Below, piece after piece: positions 17,757-25,833 of a stretch of 36,225 bases of DNA. How positions within the stretch are numbered: position 1 is the first letter of the stretch; each line of letters opens with the position of its first letter. Location: the NCBI GenBank assembly GCA_001816915.1, contig MHCL01000008.1, positions 17,040 through 53,264 of the forward strand, written 5' to 3'. Source of the stretch: Candidatus Chisholmbacteria bacterium RIFCSPLOWO2_01_FULL_49_14 (GTDB lineage: Bacteria; Patescibacteriota; Microgenomatia; UBA1400; Chisholmbacteraceae). Both the position numbers and the translations under genes were made by a program. The notes under the pieces are model-generated. The model worked only from the letters and a program-made list of their open reading frames with translations, did not search any database and had not been told where the DNA came from.

Positions 17757-18611
17757 ATGTCGCCAGACATCGACAAAACCGGACTAGGAATCGAAAGTCG
17801 CGAATCCTATCTTGAACTTCCACCTCCTCTTTTGCAGGACAAAAAGAGTGTATGGGTTGCGACAAAGAATGAACGGAAACTTGACGCAGCCAGAGGTCTT
17901 TTTCAGCGATATCCAGTATTATTCGGCACCGAGTTTCTCGTTCCTCAACCTCATGAGCTCACGGGAACAGAACCAGACGACAAGGAAGCAATTCAGATAT
18001 CTAGGAGTAAAGTGGAGAATGTTGTTGCACAGCTTGAGGGAAGGCCCGGTCCAAAGACGCTTGTGATGGGCAGTGATATCGTTGTTTGGTTTGACGGGAA
18101 GCCGTATCAAAACCTCTCTCGGCTCGAGACTCTGACCAGCAATATTTTGTGGAAGGAAGTGAATCACCTGCAGGATGTTTTTTCCGGGGAGGTGGAGGTG
18201 ATGTGGGATGTCGCGACTTCCGTATCAACTTGCGAAGTCAGGGCGACAGTCGCCGACCGGCACGTGGCACATTTTCGTCCGATTCCCGCGGATGCGATCT
18301 ACTGGGCGTGGGAAAAGGACAAAGACGGATTCAAAAAGAGAAATTCGCGCATTCAACTTCTTGATGATTTTCAAGACTATGTTATTGACATCGGGACAAT
18401 TCCTTTCAACTGCATCGCTGATCGAGAGGGAGAGTTCTTAACTCAACAGGAGTGGGTTAAGGCCAGGCCAGTCCCGGAGGAAATGAAGCGAGACTATATG
18501 CAGGAAGTGTTGACTCAGGTTATTGGAGGCCTGCCGGTCAATGGAAGACTTGACAATCTTTTATCGGTGAAACCTTCAGCCAAATGCCAGAGAGGGTGGA
18601 TGCTTGTCTAA
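17757..18611 (+). CDS. Divergent Maf/Ham1 (ITPase-fold) nucleotide pyrophosphatase-like protein
   Basis: VWVATKNERK (Ham1-like), SRSK, VMGSDIVVWFDGK (Maf-like). Confidence 0.6.
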   Translation: MSPDIDKTGLGIESRESYLELPPPLLQDKKSVWVATKNERKLDAARGLFQRYPVLFGTEFLVPQPHELTGTEPDDKEAIQISRSKVENVVAQLEGRPGPKTLVMGSDIVVWFDGKPYQNLSRLETLTSNILWKEVNHLQDVFSGEVEVMWDVATSVSTCEVRATVADRHVAHFRPIPADAIYWAWEKDKDGFKKRNSRIQLLDDFQDYVIDIGTIPFNCIADREGEFLTQQEWVKARPVPEEMKRDYMQEVLTQVIGGLPVNGRLDNLLSVKPSAKCQRGWMLV

Positions 18612-18758
18612 GAATCTCGCCGACGTTTAAACAGATTTGTTTTTAACTTCGATCAACCATTTGCATTATTTTTCCCATTTGTGTAGAATAATCGGACATT
18701 GAATTGACAAGCGCCTTTTTATAATAGCGGAGGTGCTTTTTTATCGGAGATATCGCAA

Positions 18759-19052
18759 ATGATGCAAGAAATTGAGGTTCTACCATCCAGCGATTATCCA
18801 GAGGCTGGAAATAACGGAAATCTGGTTCTTCCTTTCTTTAAGGAAATTATCGAAAGGATACATCATGTAATTCATCGAATCGGCGGTGATGGAGTTGGTG
18901 AACAGGCAAATAGCACACAAGGAAAGATAGTCAACTATAATCCCGATGACTATTTGGAACATGGCCAGATTGTTGATCCAACAACGGTTCATGTTCCTCA
19001 CGTTGAGCGTATAGAGGAACCAATCCTCAGCTCGCAGCAAATTGAGGCTTGA
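18759..19052 (+). CDS. Hypothetical protein (97 aa)
   Basis: Promoter TTGCAT(18661)-17-TAGAAT, leader hairpin, SD GGAG. Confidence 0.55.
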   Translation: MMQEIEVLPSSDYPEAGNNGNLVLPFFKEIIERIHHVIHRIGGDGVGEQANSTQGKIVNYNPDDYLEHGQIVDPTTVHVPHVERIEEPILSSQQIEA

Positions 19053-19155
19053 CATTGCTTCATCCCATTTTCTATATTTTCTTCTATAGTAAGGGCTTAA
19101 AAAAAGCCCTCTTTTGCATAACGCTGCGGAGGGCAAAGCCCTTTTTTTATTTTTT
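19049..19155 (+). promoter_or_regulatory. Promoter and 1:2 / 2:3 / 3:4 attenuator-like leader
   Basis: TTGACA-18-TATATT; AGGGCTT / AAGCCCTC / GAGGGC / GCCCT followed by a long T tract. Confidence 0.6.
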
Positions 19156-19207
19156 CGAATAGATATTGATTCCTATTACGCAAATGCACCGTTCAGAGGG
19201 ACTTGTA

Positions 19208-19903
19208 ATGGTTGGCGAATCATCACGTTCGATCCTCTCGCAGGAAGCCTTAGATTCCGTCCTCTCATCTCCGGAAGAACGGCGGGTCTGGTTACATACC
19301 GTCTTTTTAGAGGGCGCGTATACAAAACCTGAGAACAAGTACTACGTCATCGCACCGGAGTTCAATCTGACCATCCCACCGGACGTCCTGACGGTGGCTG
19401 CGCAGGATATCGCGGAGGGCTTGCGGCCGTTCGTGCAGGGAAACGAAGTGGTGTATGGAATACCGGTAGCCGGCGATCGGGTCTCAACGCCAGTCGGCTT
19501 GCGGCTTTGGTTACGGTCAAGTGCGGCGCGCAAAGGGAAAGGCGTACCCGGTTCCTGGACAGACGTCATGTCACTGACGACCCATTCATATACCACTCAT
19601 GAGGAGCGGGTTCATCTTCATTTCGGTTTCGTGAATCCTGGAATGCGCGTCTTCCTTCTTGATGATGTGATCGCGACGGGGGAGACCATCGTCGACACCA
19701 TTGAAGCTTTTCGGAAACAGAACGTTGAAGTGGCGGGCGTGGGTGTCATGTTCGCGAAGGCGTTCGAAAGAGGGCTGCAAAGAGTTGTTGAGGAATTCGG
19801 CGTTCCCACAATCTGTCCGGTTGTGATAGAGGATATTTCGGATGACCGGCGTTTTACTCTGGCGCAGTTTCAGCATTACGCAAAGGGGAAACAATCGATC
19901 TAA
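19208..19903 (+). CDS. Type I phosphoribosyltransferase, Xpt/Apt-like
   Basis: ARK, SYT, PRPP loop VFLLDDVIATGET, K.F..G as in xanthine PRTases. Start uncertain (19166, 19184 or 19208). Confidence 0.8.
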   Translation: MVGESSRSILSQEALDSVLSSPEERRVWLHTVFLEGAYTKPENKYYVIAPEFNLTIPPDVLTVAAQDIAEGLRPFVQGNEVVYGIPVAGDRVSTPVGLRLWLRSSAARKGKGVPGSWTDVMSLTTHSYTTHEERVHLHFGFVNPGMRVFLLDDVIATGETIVDTIEAFRKQNVEVAGVGVMFAKAFERGLQRVVEEFGVPTICPVVIEDISDDRRFTLAQFQHYAKGKQSI

Positions 19904-19922
19904 CGGAATGTAAAGGAGATCG

Positions 19923-20639
19923 TTGGAGAAGACCATTGTCATGTTTACCGGCGTTCCCGGATCGGGTAAGACTACCGTTTTAGACGTGATGGACAAACGG
20001 CTCTCCCATCACATTCGTCCGGCTGTCATCGGTGAATACGGATTTGTACAGGAATGGGCAGGTTTACCTGAAAACAGAAGGTTTTTGCAAGTACCGCCGC
20101 CGTCGTTTGTCCTTGAGCTTTACGGATACCGACCGATGTCCACCCATGTTGCCGAGCGTCTGGCACAATCAATTGAGAACACATTTAAGATCGGATTTGA
20201 AATGGTGATGTTTGAGACAGCGAGGGGAGTCGGAGATCCTTTGGTCACCTATGCCGATTTTGTCACCGATATCTACCGGAATTTGAGCAGGGAGAACCGC
20301 ACGGCACGACTCGTCAATTATGAGGTACTTGCTGACGCGAACGATATTGCCCGAAGGATGGCGACCAGATTTGAGGAAGATCCCACCGCCACACCCCCGG
20401 GTGTGGAGAAGCGATATCTTTCCGCAGAAGGATTTCCTCTGGTTTATTCCACGCAAGACTTGAGAAGGTTGCCGGAGGATATCCCCATCGTTATCAATGA
20501 GTCTCTGCAGAATGGCCACACAAAAGAGGGAATTGAATCCATGGTTGATTTGGAGATTTTTCCGAGATTTCAAGAGAGGCTTCAGTTCATGGTCGCTCAA
20601 GAGAGCGGATCGTTCGGGGGAAGAAGGGAAACTCGGTAG
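19923..20639 (+). CDS. P-loop nucleoside/nucleotide kinase-like protein
   Basis: MFTGVPGSGKTT, FETARG, lid RRMATR; SD AAGGAG before a TTG start. Confidence 0.72.
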   Translation: MEKTIVMFTGVPGSGKTTVLDVMDKRLSHHIRPAVIGEYGFVQEWAGLPENRRFLQVPPPSFVLELYGYRPMSTHVAERLAQSIENTFKIGFEMVMFETARGVGDPLVTYADFVTDIYRNLSRENRTARLVNYEVLADANDIARRMATRFEEDPTATPPGVEKRYLSAEGFPLVYSTQDLRRLPEDIPIVINESLQNGHTKEGIESMVDLEIFPRFQERLQFMVAQESGSFGGRRETR

Positions 20640-20643
20640 GTGG

Positions 20644-20961
20644 TTACGGCTCTTCAGTCTGCGGAAATGAGCCTTTTTCCCGGAGATATTCCCGAAGCAC
20701 CACTTCAGTTTCTTTTCGCACAGCGTGTCCGTAGTCAGATTCAGCCCAGATGGTTGGGTCTTCCCGGGAGAGCGCCAACATGCATTGGACGATCAGAAGG
20801 GTTTCCGGATCGGCTGGCTCAGATTGCTGCCTATCCCAGGACAATTGGTCATCGATAAACTCTTGTTTCAAAATCATTTCCTGGCCGGGTGTGTGAGTGA
20901 TTTCGAAATCGGCTCTGCGGCGGATTTTTTGCCTGAAACCGCGTTTTTTCCCTGTTGCCAT
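20644..20961 (-). CDS. Hypothetical protein (105 aa), convergent
   Basis: Starts MATGKK, with TACAAT 8 nt upstream of the ATG; fills the gap without overlap. Confidence 0.55.
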   Translation of the reverse strand: MATGKKRGFRQKIRRRADFEITHTPGQEMILKQEFIDDQLSWDRQQSEPADPETLLIVQCMLALSREDPTIWAESDYGHAVRKETEVVLREYLREKGSFPQTEEP

Positions 20962-21064
20962 ACTGTGGGATTGTACTGACTGTATCGGAATATTCAAGGA
21001 TCAAAAAGAGTAATGCTATACTAACGAACATACAGCAATCTAGGCACCAAGAGGGAGTATGATC

Positions 21065-22417
21065 ATGAAACGTGATGCCGTTTTTGATCTGATTACGAAA
21101 GAGGAAAGTAGGCAGACGGAAGAGCTGCAGATGATTCCTTCTGAAAACTATGCTTCGGCGGACGTTCGGCAGGCGGTTGGGTCGGTACTCATGAACAAAT
21201 ATGCCGAGGGCCAAGTCGGGAAACGCTATTATCAGGGGAACAAAAATATCGATGCTGTTGAAGACCTCTGCAAGAAGCGGGCATTGCGATTGTTCGGGCT
21301 TGATTCGAAAATATGGGGAGTGAATGTCCAAGCGCTATCCGGATCCCCGGCAAATTTGGCAGTTTATGTTGCACTCCTTGAGCCCAAGGATCGAATCATG
21401 AGCATGTTCCTTCCTGACGGCGGACATCTCTCGCACGGGTGGCACCTCCCCGGGAAATCGGTGAGCTTCGTCTCCAAAATATGGGAAGTGGAGTTTTACC
21501 ACGTTGAGCCAACCACGCGGGTGTTCGATTATGACGAGATTGGACGGCAAGCAAAGCGGTTTTCACCCAAACTCATCATTTCCGGCGGGACGGCGTATCC
21601 AAGGGAGATTGATCACAAACGGATGGGGGAGATCGCGCGCTCGGTCGGGGCTTACTACCTTGCCGATATCGCCCATGAGGCGGGATTGGTGGCGGCCGGC
21701 GTTAATCATAGCCCGTTTTCCCATGCCGATGTTGTGACGATGACGACTCACAAGACGTTGCGCGGACCGCGAGGGGCAATGATCTTTTCAAGAAGAAACA
21801 AGATACAAGTAACAAGTAACAAGAGAATCACGCTCGCTGATGCGATCGATCAGGCGGTTTTTCCCGGGATTCAGGGAGGGCCGCATGAACATACAATCGC
21901 CGGAATTGCCGTTAGTCTCAAGGAAGCCTCAACATCCTCATTCCTTCGCTACGCCAAGCAGGTCGTTGCAAATGCAAAAACGCTTGCCGGTGAACTTGAG
22001 AAAGCGGGCTTTGATGTCGTGACCGGCGGGACCGACAAACATCTCGTACTCGTTGATCTTCGTTCGTCAGGCATCTCCGGGTGGGTGGCAGCCTGGGTAC
22101 TCGAGAACGCCGGAATCATCGTGAACAAAAACACCGTTCCCGCAGAAACAGCTTCGCCGTTTTATCCATCGGGCATTCGGCTCGGGAGTCCGGCGTTGAC
22201 CACGCGGGGTATGAAAGAACATGACATGCGACGAATTGCCGCGTGGATGATCGAGATGTTAAGATACTCTGCACGGTGGAAGATTCCCGACGGAAAGGAA
22301 AAGCGAGAGCGGTTCATGAGGAAGTTTCTTTCAGAGGTCAGTGAAGATAAGTCTGTCGCCGATGTTTACAAACAAGTGCGTTCCTTTGCCAAACGGTTCC
22401 CGACATTTCCTGAGTGA
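21065..22417 (+). CDS. glyA: Serine hydroxymethyltransferase
   Basis: MIPSEN, NKYAEG, GGHLSHG, TTHKTLRGPRG (PLP Lys), FPG.QGGP, SGIRLG. Confidence 0.97.
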   Translation: MKRDAVFDLITKEESRQTEELQMIPSENYASADVRQAVGSVLMNKYAEGQVGKRYYQGNKNIDAVEDLCKKRALRLFGLDSKIWGVNVQALSGSPANLAVYVALLEPKDRIMSMFLPDGGHLSHGWHLPGKSVSFVSKIWEVEFYHVEPTTRVFDYDEIGRQAKRFSPKLIISGGTAYPREIDHKRMGEIARSVGAYYLADIAHEAGLVAAGVNHSPFSHADVVTMTTHKTLRGPRGAMIFSRRNKIQVTSNKRITLADAIDQAVFPGIQGGPHEHTIAGIAVSLKEASTSSFLRYAKQVVANAKTLAGELEKAGFDVVTGGTDKHLVLVDLRSSGISGWVAAWVLENAGIIVNKNTVPAETASPFYPSGIRLGSPALTTRGMKEHDMRRIAAWMIEMLRYSARWKIPDGKEKRERFMRKFLSEVSEDKSVADVYKQVRSFAKRFPTFPE

Positions 22418-22432
22418 GTTTTTCAAGAGCAT

Positions 22433-22750
22433 ATGGCATTTGAGCACGAGCTCGGTCTACTGATCGATCTTCAAAAAAGAGAAGCGTTGGAGAAATTTCA
22501 AGCCTATCTTACCGCCGTCAACGAGCACTTTGGTATTGAACCGCAGGCGAGGACCCACCGCTCACACTATCCAGAGCACTTCATGACAATTCTCGGAATC
22601 ATGAGCGGACTGAGGGAAGGGGAGTTGAACCCTGAATCGGAAGCTCAATATGACAGCATGATTGTCGCTGCGGCCGATGCATCAGGCGAGTTCGATCCGG
22701 TCAAGCTGTTCAAACTGCTCACCCCAAAGATCGGAGAAGGCAAAGGTTGA
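22433..22750 (+). CDS. Hypothetical helical protein (105 aa)
   Basis: ORF starts 15 nt after glyA on the same strand. Confidence 0.6.
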   Translation: MAFEHELGLLIDLQKREALEKFQAYLTAVNEHFGIEPQARTHRSHYPEHFMTILGIMSGLREGELNPESEAQYDSMIVAAADASGEFDPVKLFKLLTPKIGEGKG

Positions 22751-22877
22751 TATACCCCTTGTCCTCAAGAATGCGCACTTCATAGGCTTGTTCAGCCATA
22801 TTGCGTATCTGGAGTGAATGGGGTATTGCACACTACTTTTATTGCAAACCAGAGAATAGGGAGTTTACAATATCTTT

Positions 22878-23840
22878 ATGAAGACGGTCGTATTTGACGG
22901 AAAGAAATTCGCCCAACAGCGGGAAGAAGAACTGAGAGCCAAGATTTCGCAGTTTGATAAGCCCCCGGTGCTTGTCAGCATCTATTTCCGTGAGGACCCG
23001 GCAAGCGTTGTTTACACCAACCTCAAGCAGAAGGCGGCTGGTCGTGTCGGGATAGATTTCCGGGCCGAGAATGTATCCGTGAGGGATGATATCGATGTGC
23101 TTCTCAAAAATATTCGAAACTTCTCGCAGAACAGACATGTGCATGGACTCATGATCCAGAAACCTTCGCAGGCGGTGTTTGAACAGCTCACATCTCAGGA
23201 ATGGGCGAGCGCAGGTACTTTACGGACTCTGGCAAAGAATTTGACATATTTTTTCTCAAGAGAAGGGGCGGAAAAGGGGAGCGCTGAGTGGTGGAAGCGA
23301 TTGGTCATGGAGATCGCTCCTCATAAAGACGTTGATTGTCTTCACCCGGTGAATCTTGGGCGCATCTATCGCGGCAAATGGAGGATCCTGCCGGCGACGG
23401 TGCGTGCGATTCTCTCGATCATTGAGTACGCCGATGTCAACCTTTCCGGAAAGAAGGTTGTGGTCGTCGGGAGAAGCGAGATTGTCGGTAAACCCCTGGC
23501 CCATGTTTTGGCACAACGAGGGGCTCTCGTGTCGCTATGCGCCTCGACCGGCGTGGTTGCCAAGAGCCGAGGGAAGCAGCTTTTTGCCGTGCGCAGCCAT
23601 CAGTCGCTTGCTTCGGCGCTCACTGACGCCGAGGTGGTGGTGAGCGCCAGCGGCAAACCGAGACTTATTACCGGAGAAAGGCTCAAGCAGGGGGTTGTGG
23701 TTGTCGACGTCGGATCGCCGGAAGGGGACATCGACTTTGATACAGTAAAGCGGAAGGCAAGCTTCATCACTCCCGTCCCCGGCGGGGTGGGACCGGTGAC
23801 GGTAGTCTCACTTCTTGAGAATTTGCTACTGCTACTATAA
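22878..23840 (+). CDS. folD: Methylenetetrahydrofolate dehydrogenase/cyclohydrolase (divergent)
   Basis: YxxxK (YTNLK), KDVD, GRSEIVGKP, DVG, TPVPGGVGP.TV. Confidence 0.92.
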   Translation: MKTVVFDGKKFAQQREEELRAKISQFDKPPVLVSIYFREDPASVVYTNLKQKAAGRVGIDFRAENVSVRDDIDVLLKNIRNFSQNRHVHGLMIQKPSQAVFEQLTSQEWASAGTLRTLAKNLTYFFSREGAEKGSAEWWKRLVMEIAPHKDVDCLHPVNLGRIYRGKWRILPATVRAILSIIEYADVNLSGKKVVVVGRSEIVGKPLAHVLAQRGALVSLCASTGVVAKSRGKQLFAVRSHQSLASALTDAEVVVSASGKPRLITGERLKQGVVVVDVGSPEGDIDFDTVKRKASFITPVPGGVGPVTVVSLLENLLLLL

Positions 23841-23870
23841 TTGAGCATATCTTATCCATTTACCTTTGAT

Positions 23871-24689
23871 ATGGAGACTGGAGAATTACCCACAGCCGTT
23901 AACCCGCTTTTCTTTCAAGAGTTGGGAATCGAGCATCCCATCACCGTGGATATTGTTCGTCTTGGGGGACGGAGATTCTTAAGAGGATTAGAAAGAACGT
24001 CAAAGTATGGCGATCTTGACATCTCGTCTTTTCAGCTTGGCCACCAACAAGGCTTTATCCATCTGGATTCAGGAGACGGTTCGGAGATAAAAAAGAGGTA
24101 TTTGAAGTGGCAGCTTCTTAAAAATGACGGCTTTTCCGAACACACTTTTCAACTCTGTTTACCGGTTATCGCTCGGGATGAGCAGGGTGCTGATCGTTTC
24201 GGATTACTGACGGAGGATCTTGTATCTCCTCATTCCGATATTCTTGACTTAATTAGCTACAGAACCGGAGAGCGACCTGAGATTGTGGATGAGGCGGCCA
24301 GGTGGCTGAAGGGTTTCATGAGCAAACTTCATGACGGAGATCTTGAGCACAATATCGAGCAAATCGCGAATTCTTCCCTTCGAGAAGCGCTCAGACGACA
24401 CTATGATCGCACTGTGGTTAAAGGAGGGAAGGACAGCATGCCTAGGTGGGATCCATATATCGAGGCAGAAGCAGAGGCTCTCTTTTCGGACATGGAAACA
24501 AAGGGATGGGGCGCTATGGGAAGCAGCTTTTTCCTGCAAATTTTACGGACGCATCAAGACTGGTGGCCTTATCGACGGAAGATTCTCATTGGGGATTTAG
24601 GGATAGGGCTCAACAAAGCTCCATCGCAAAGAGTTGAGAAGGGGCACATCTTCGATCTGATACAGTATTCCTATTTTGCCGATTCCTGA
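23871..24689 (+). CDS. Hypothetical protein (272 aa)
   Basis: Long ORF between folD and the Gmk-like gene; LLTEDL and ILIGDLG give only a weak hint of a kinase-like fold. Confidence 0.65.
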   Translation: METGELPTAVNPLFFQELGIEHPITVDIVRLGGRRFLRGLERTSKYGDLDISSFQLGHQQGFIHLDSGDGSEIKKRYLKWQLLKNDGFSEHTFQLCLPVIARDEQGADRFGLLTEDLVSPHSDILDLISYRTGERPEIVDEAARWLKGFMSKLHDGDLEHNIEQIANSSLREALRRHYDRTVVKGGKDSMPRWDPYIEAEAEALFSDMETKGWGAMGSSFFLQILRTHQDWWPYRRKILIGDLGIGLNKAPSQRVEKGHIFDLIQYSYFADS

Positions 24690-24782
24690 TTACATTCCCC
24701 AAAGCTCTGCTTCAAAGAGGACATCAGCCATTTTGACTTCAAGAAGATGTGATAGAATCCTCTCCTGCTGAATGAAAGTACT

Positions 24783-25679
24783 ATGAGAGGAAAAATTGAG
24801 GCACATCCCGGAGAACTCTCCCGAAACTCTGCTGAGACAATCATCGCGAGAGCGGGGGAACTGTATCCCGGGGTATTCGGAGAACGAGAACTTCGGATGT
24901 ATGGGGATTTATTCGTGGAGGGAAGTGTCCTCACCCCCGAACGATTGGCGTTTATCCAGCCGGAGTACGGGCGGTTTTTCCCGAGATCGGATATACACCC
25001 TCTCATCTATATCAAAGAGGGCATAGATTTTCCACATACTCAAACAGCACATACAGTCGATGCTTTTCTTGGTCCGTCTGCGGGAGGAAAAGACAGCATT
25101 CTTGATATTGTCAAGGAAAATCATCCGTATGTTCGGATCCGGACAACGACGACCAGACCTCCCAGAAGAGACGCATCGCAGGATGAGATTTTGGAAGCCA
25201 GATATGAATTTGTAACAGCAGAGGAGTTTGTTGAACTTGAAAGGGGCGGAGGATTTTCAGAAGTTCTCTCACCGGATATGCAAGGAAAGTACCGGTATGG
25301 GACATCGATTCAAGCTGTAGAGCGAGCGCTTAACCGAGATCTGCATCTTGTTATCTGGAGGGGGGATATATTGGGATTACCGTATTTCCGTTCTTGGATG
25401 CAAAACTATCATTCGGAAATTGATTTTCTCTCGGTTTTTGTCTTACCAAAGATGCCGATCGCGGAATTATGGCAACGGATGACAAGGAAGCGTGGAGTTG
25501 AGCAGGCGACTGCCTGGAGATTCCCGAAAGGTCTTCTGGAAATCCACAGCGCGGCTCAAATTGTCGACTGTCTGGTGCTCAATCCTTCTGATCCATCAGG
25601 AGAACCTCGAGAAGCAGCCGCTGCAACGCTCGCACTTTTTCGGCGTCAAAGCAATGGGCTCGTATTAGGTAGCAGTTGA
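24783..25679 (+). CDS. gmk: Guanylate kinase-like protein with a ~90-aa N-terminal extension
   Basis: GPSAGGKDS, TTTTRPPR, YEFVT.EEF, YRYGT. Confidence 0.75.
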   Translation: MRGKIEAHPGELSRNSAETIIARAGELYPGVFGERELRMYGDLFVEGSVLTPERLAFIQPEYGRFFPRSDIHPLIYIKEGIDFPHTQTAHTVDAFLGPSAGGKDSILDIVKENHPYVRIRTTTTRPPRRDASQDEILEARYEFVTAEEFVELERGGGFSEVLSPDMQGKYRYGTSIQAVERALNRDLHLVIWRGDILGLPYFRSWMQNYHSEIDFLSVFVLPKMPIAELWQRMTRKRGVEQATAWRFPKGLLEIHSAAQIVDCLVLNPSDPSGEPREAAAATLALFRRQSNGLVLGSS

Positions 25680-25833
25680 TTTTATTGCGATAAATAGTTA
25701 CAATCCCAGCATCACACAGCTTTCGACTTAAAAACTCCTGAGTTTGAACTTCAACCGAGTCGAACTTGGTGAGTCGGGAGCGAGGAAGCCCTCCTTCGCG
25801 TAAAGCTACGGAGGGCGAAAAGGAGTTTGTTTT
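25676..25833 (+). promoter_or_regulatory. rpsB promoter and structured leader (candidate S2 autoregulatory element)
   Basis: TTGATT-17-TACAAT; TTCGACTT/GAGTCGAA stem; AAACTCCT (25732-39) is complementary to the SD region AGGAGTTT (25821-28). Confidence 0.55.

Noticed and set aside
17757-20639. Known nucleotide-signalling anti-phage system (e.g. Kongming-like) suggested by the Ham1-like gene
   Set aside because: No deaminase, SIR2/TIR or nuclease effector is recognisable nearby.
5978-20961. Prophage or integrative element explaining the orphan genes
   Set aside because: No integrase, terminase, structural genes, att repeats or tRNA; the orphans are interleaved singly with metabolic genes.
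21000-21064. ZTP or THF riboswitch ahead of glyA/folD
   Set aside because: The glyA leader is only ~40 nt after TGcTATACT, and folD appears leaderless; no aptamer consensus seen.
23871-24689. Protein-kinase-like assignment
   Set aside because: Only weak LLTEDL and IGDLG hints with no catalytic HxD/N loop; left as hypothetical.
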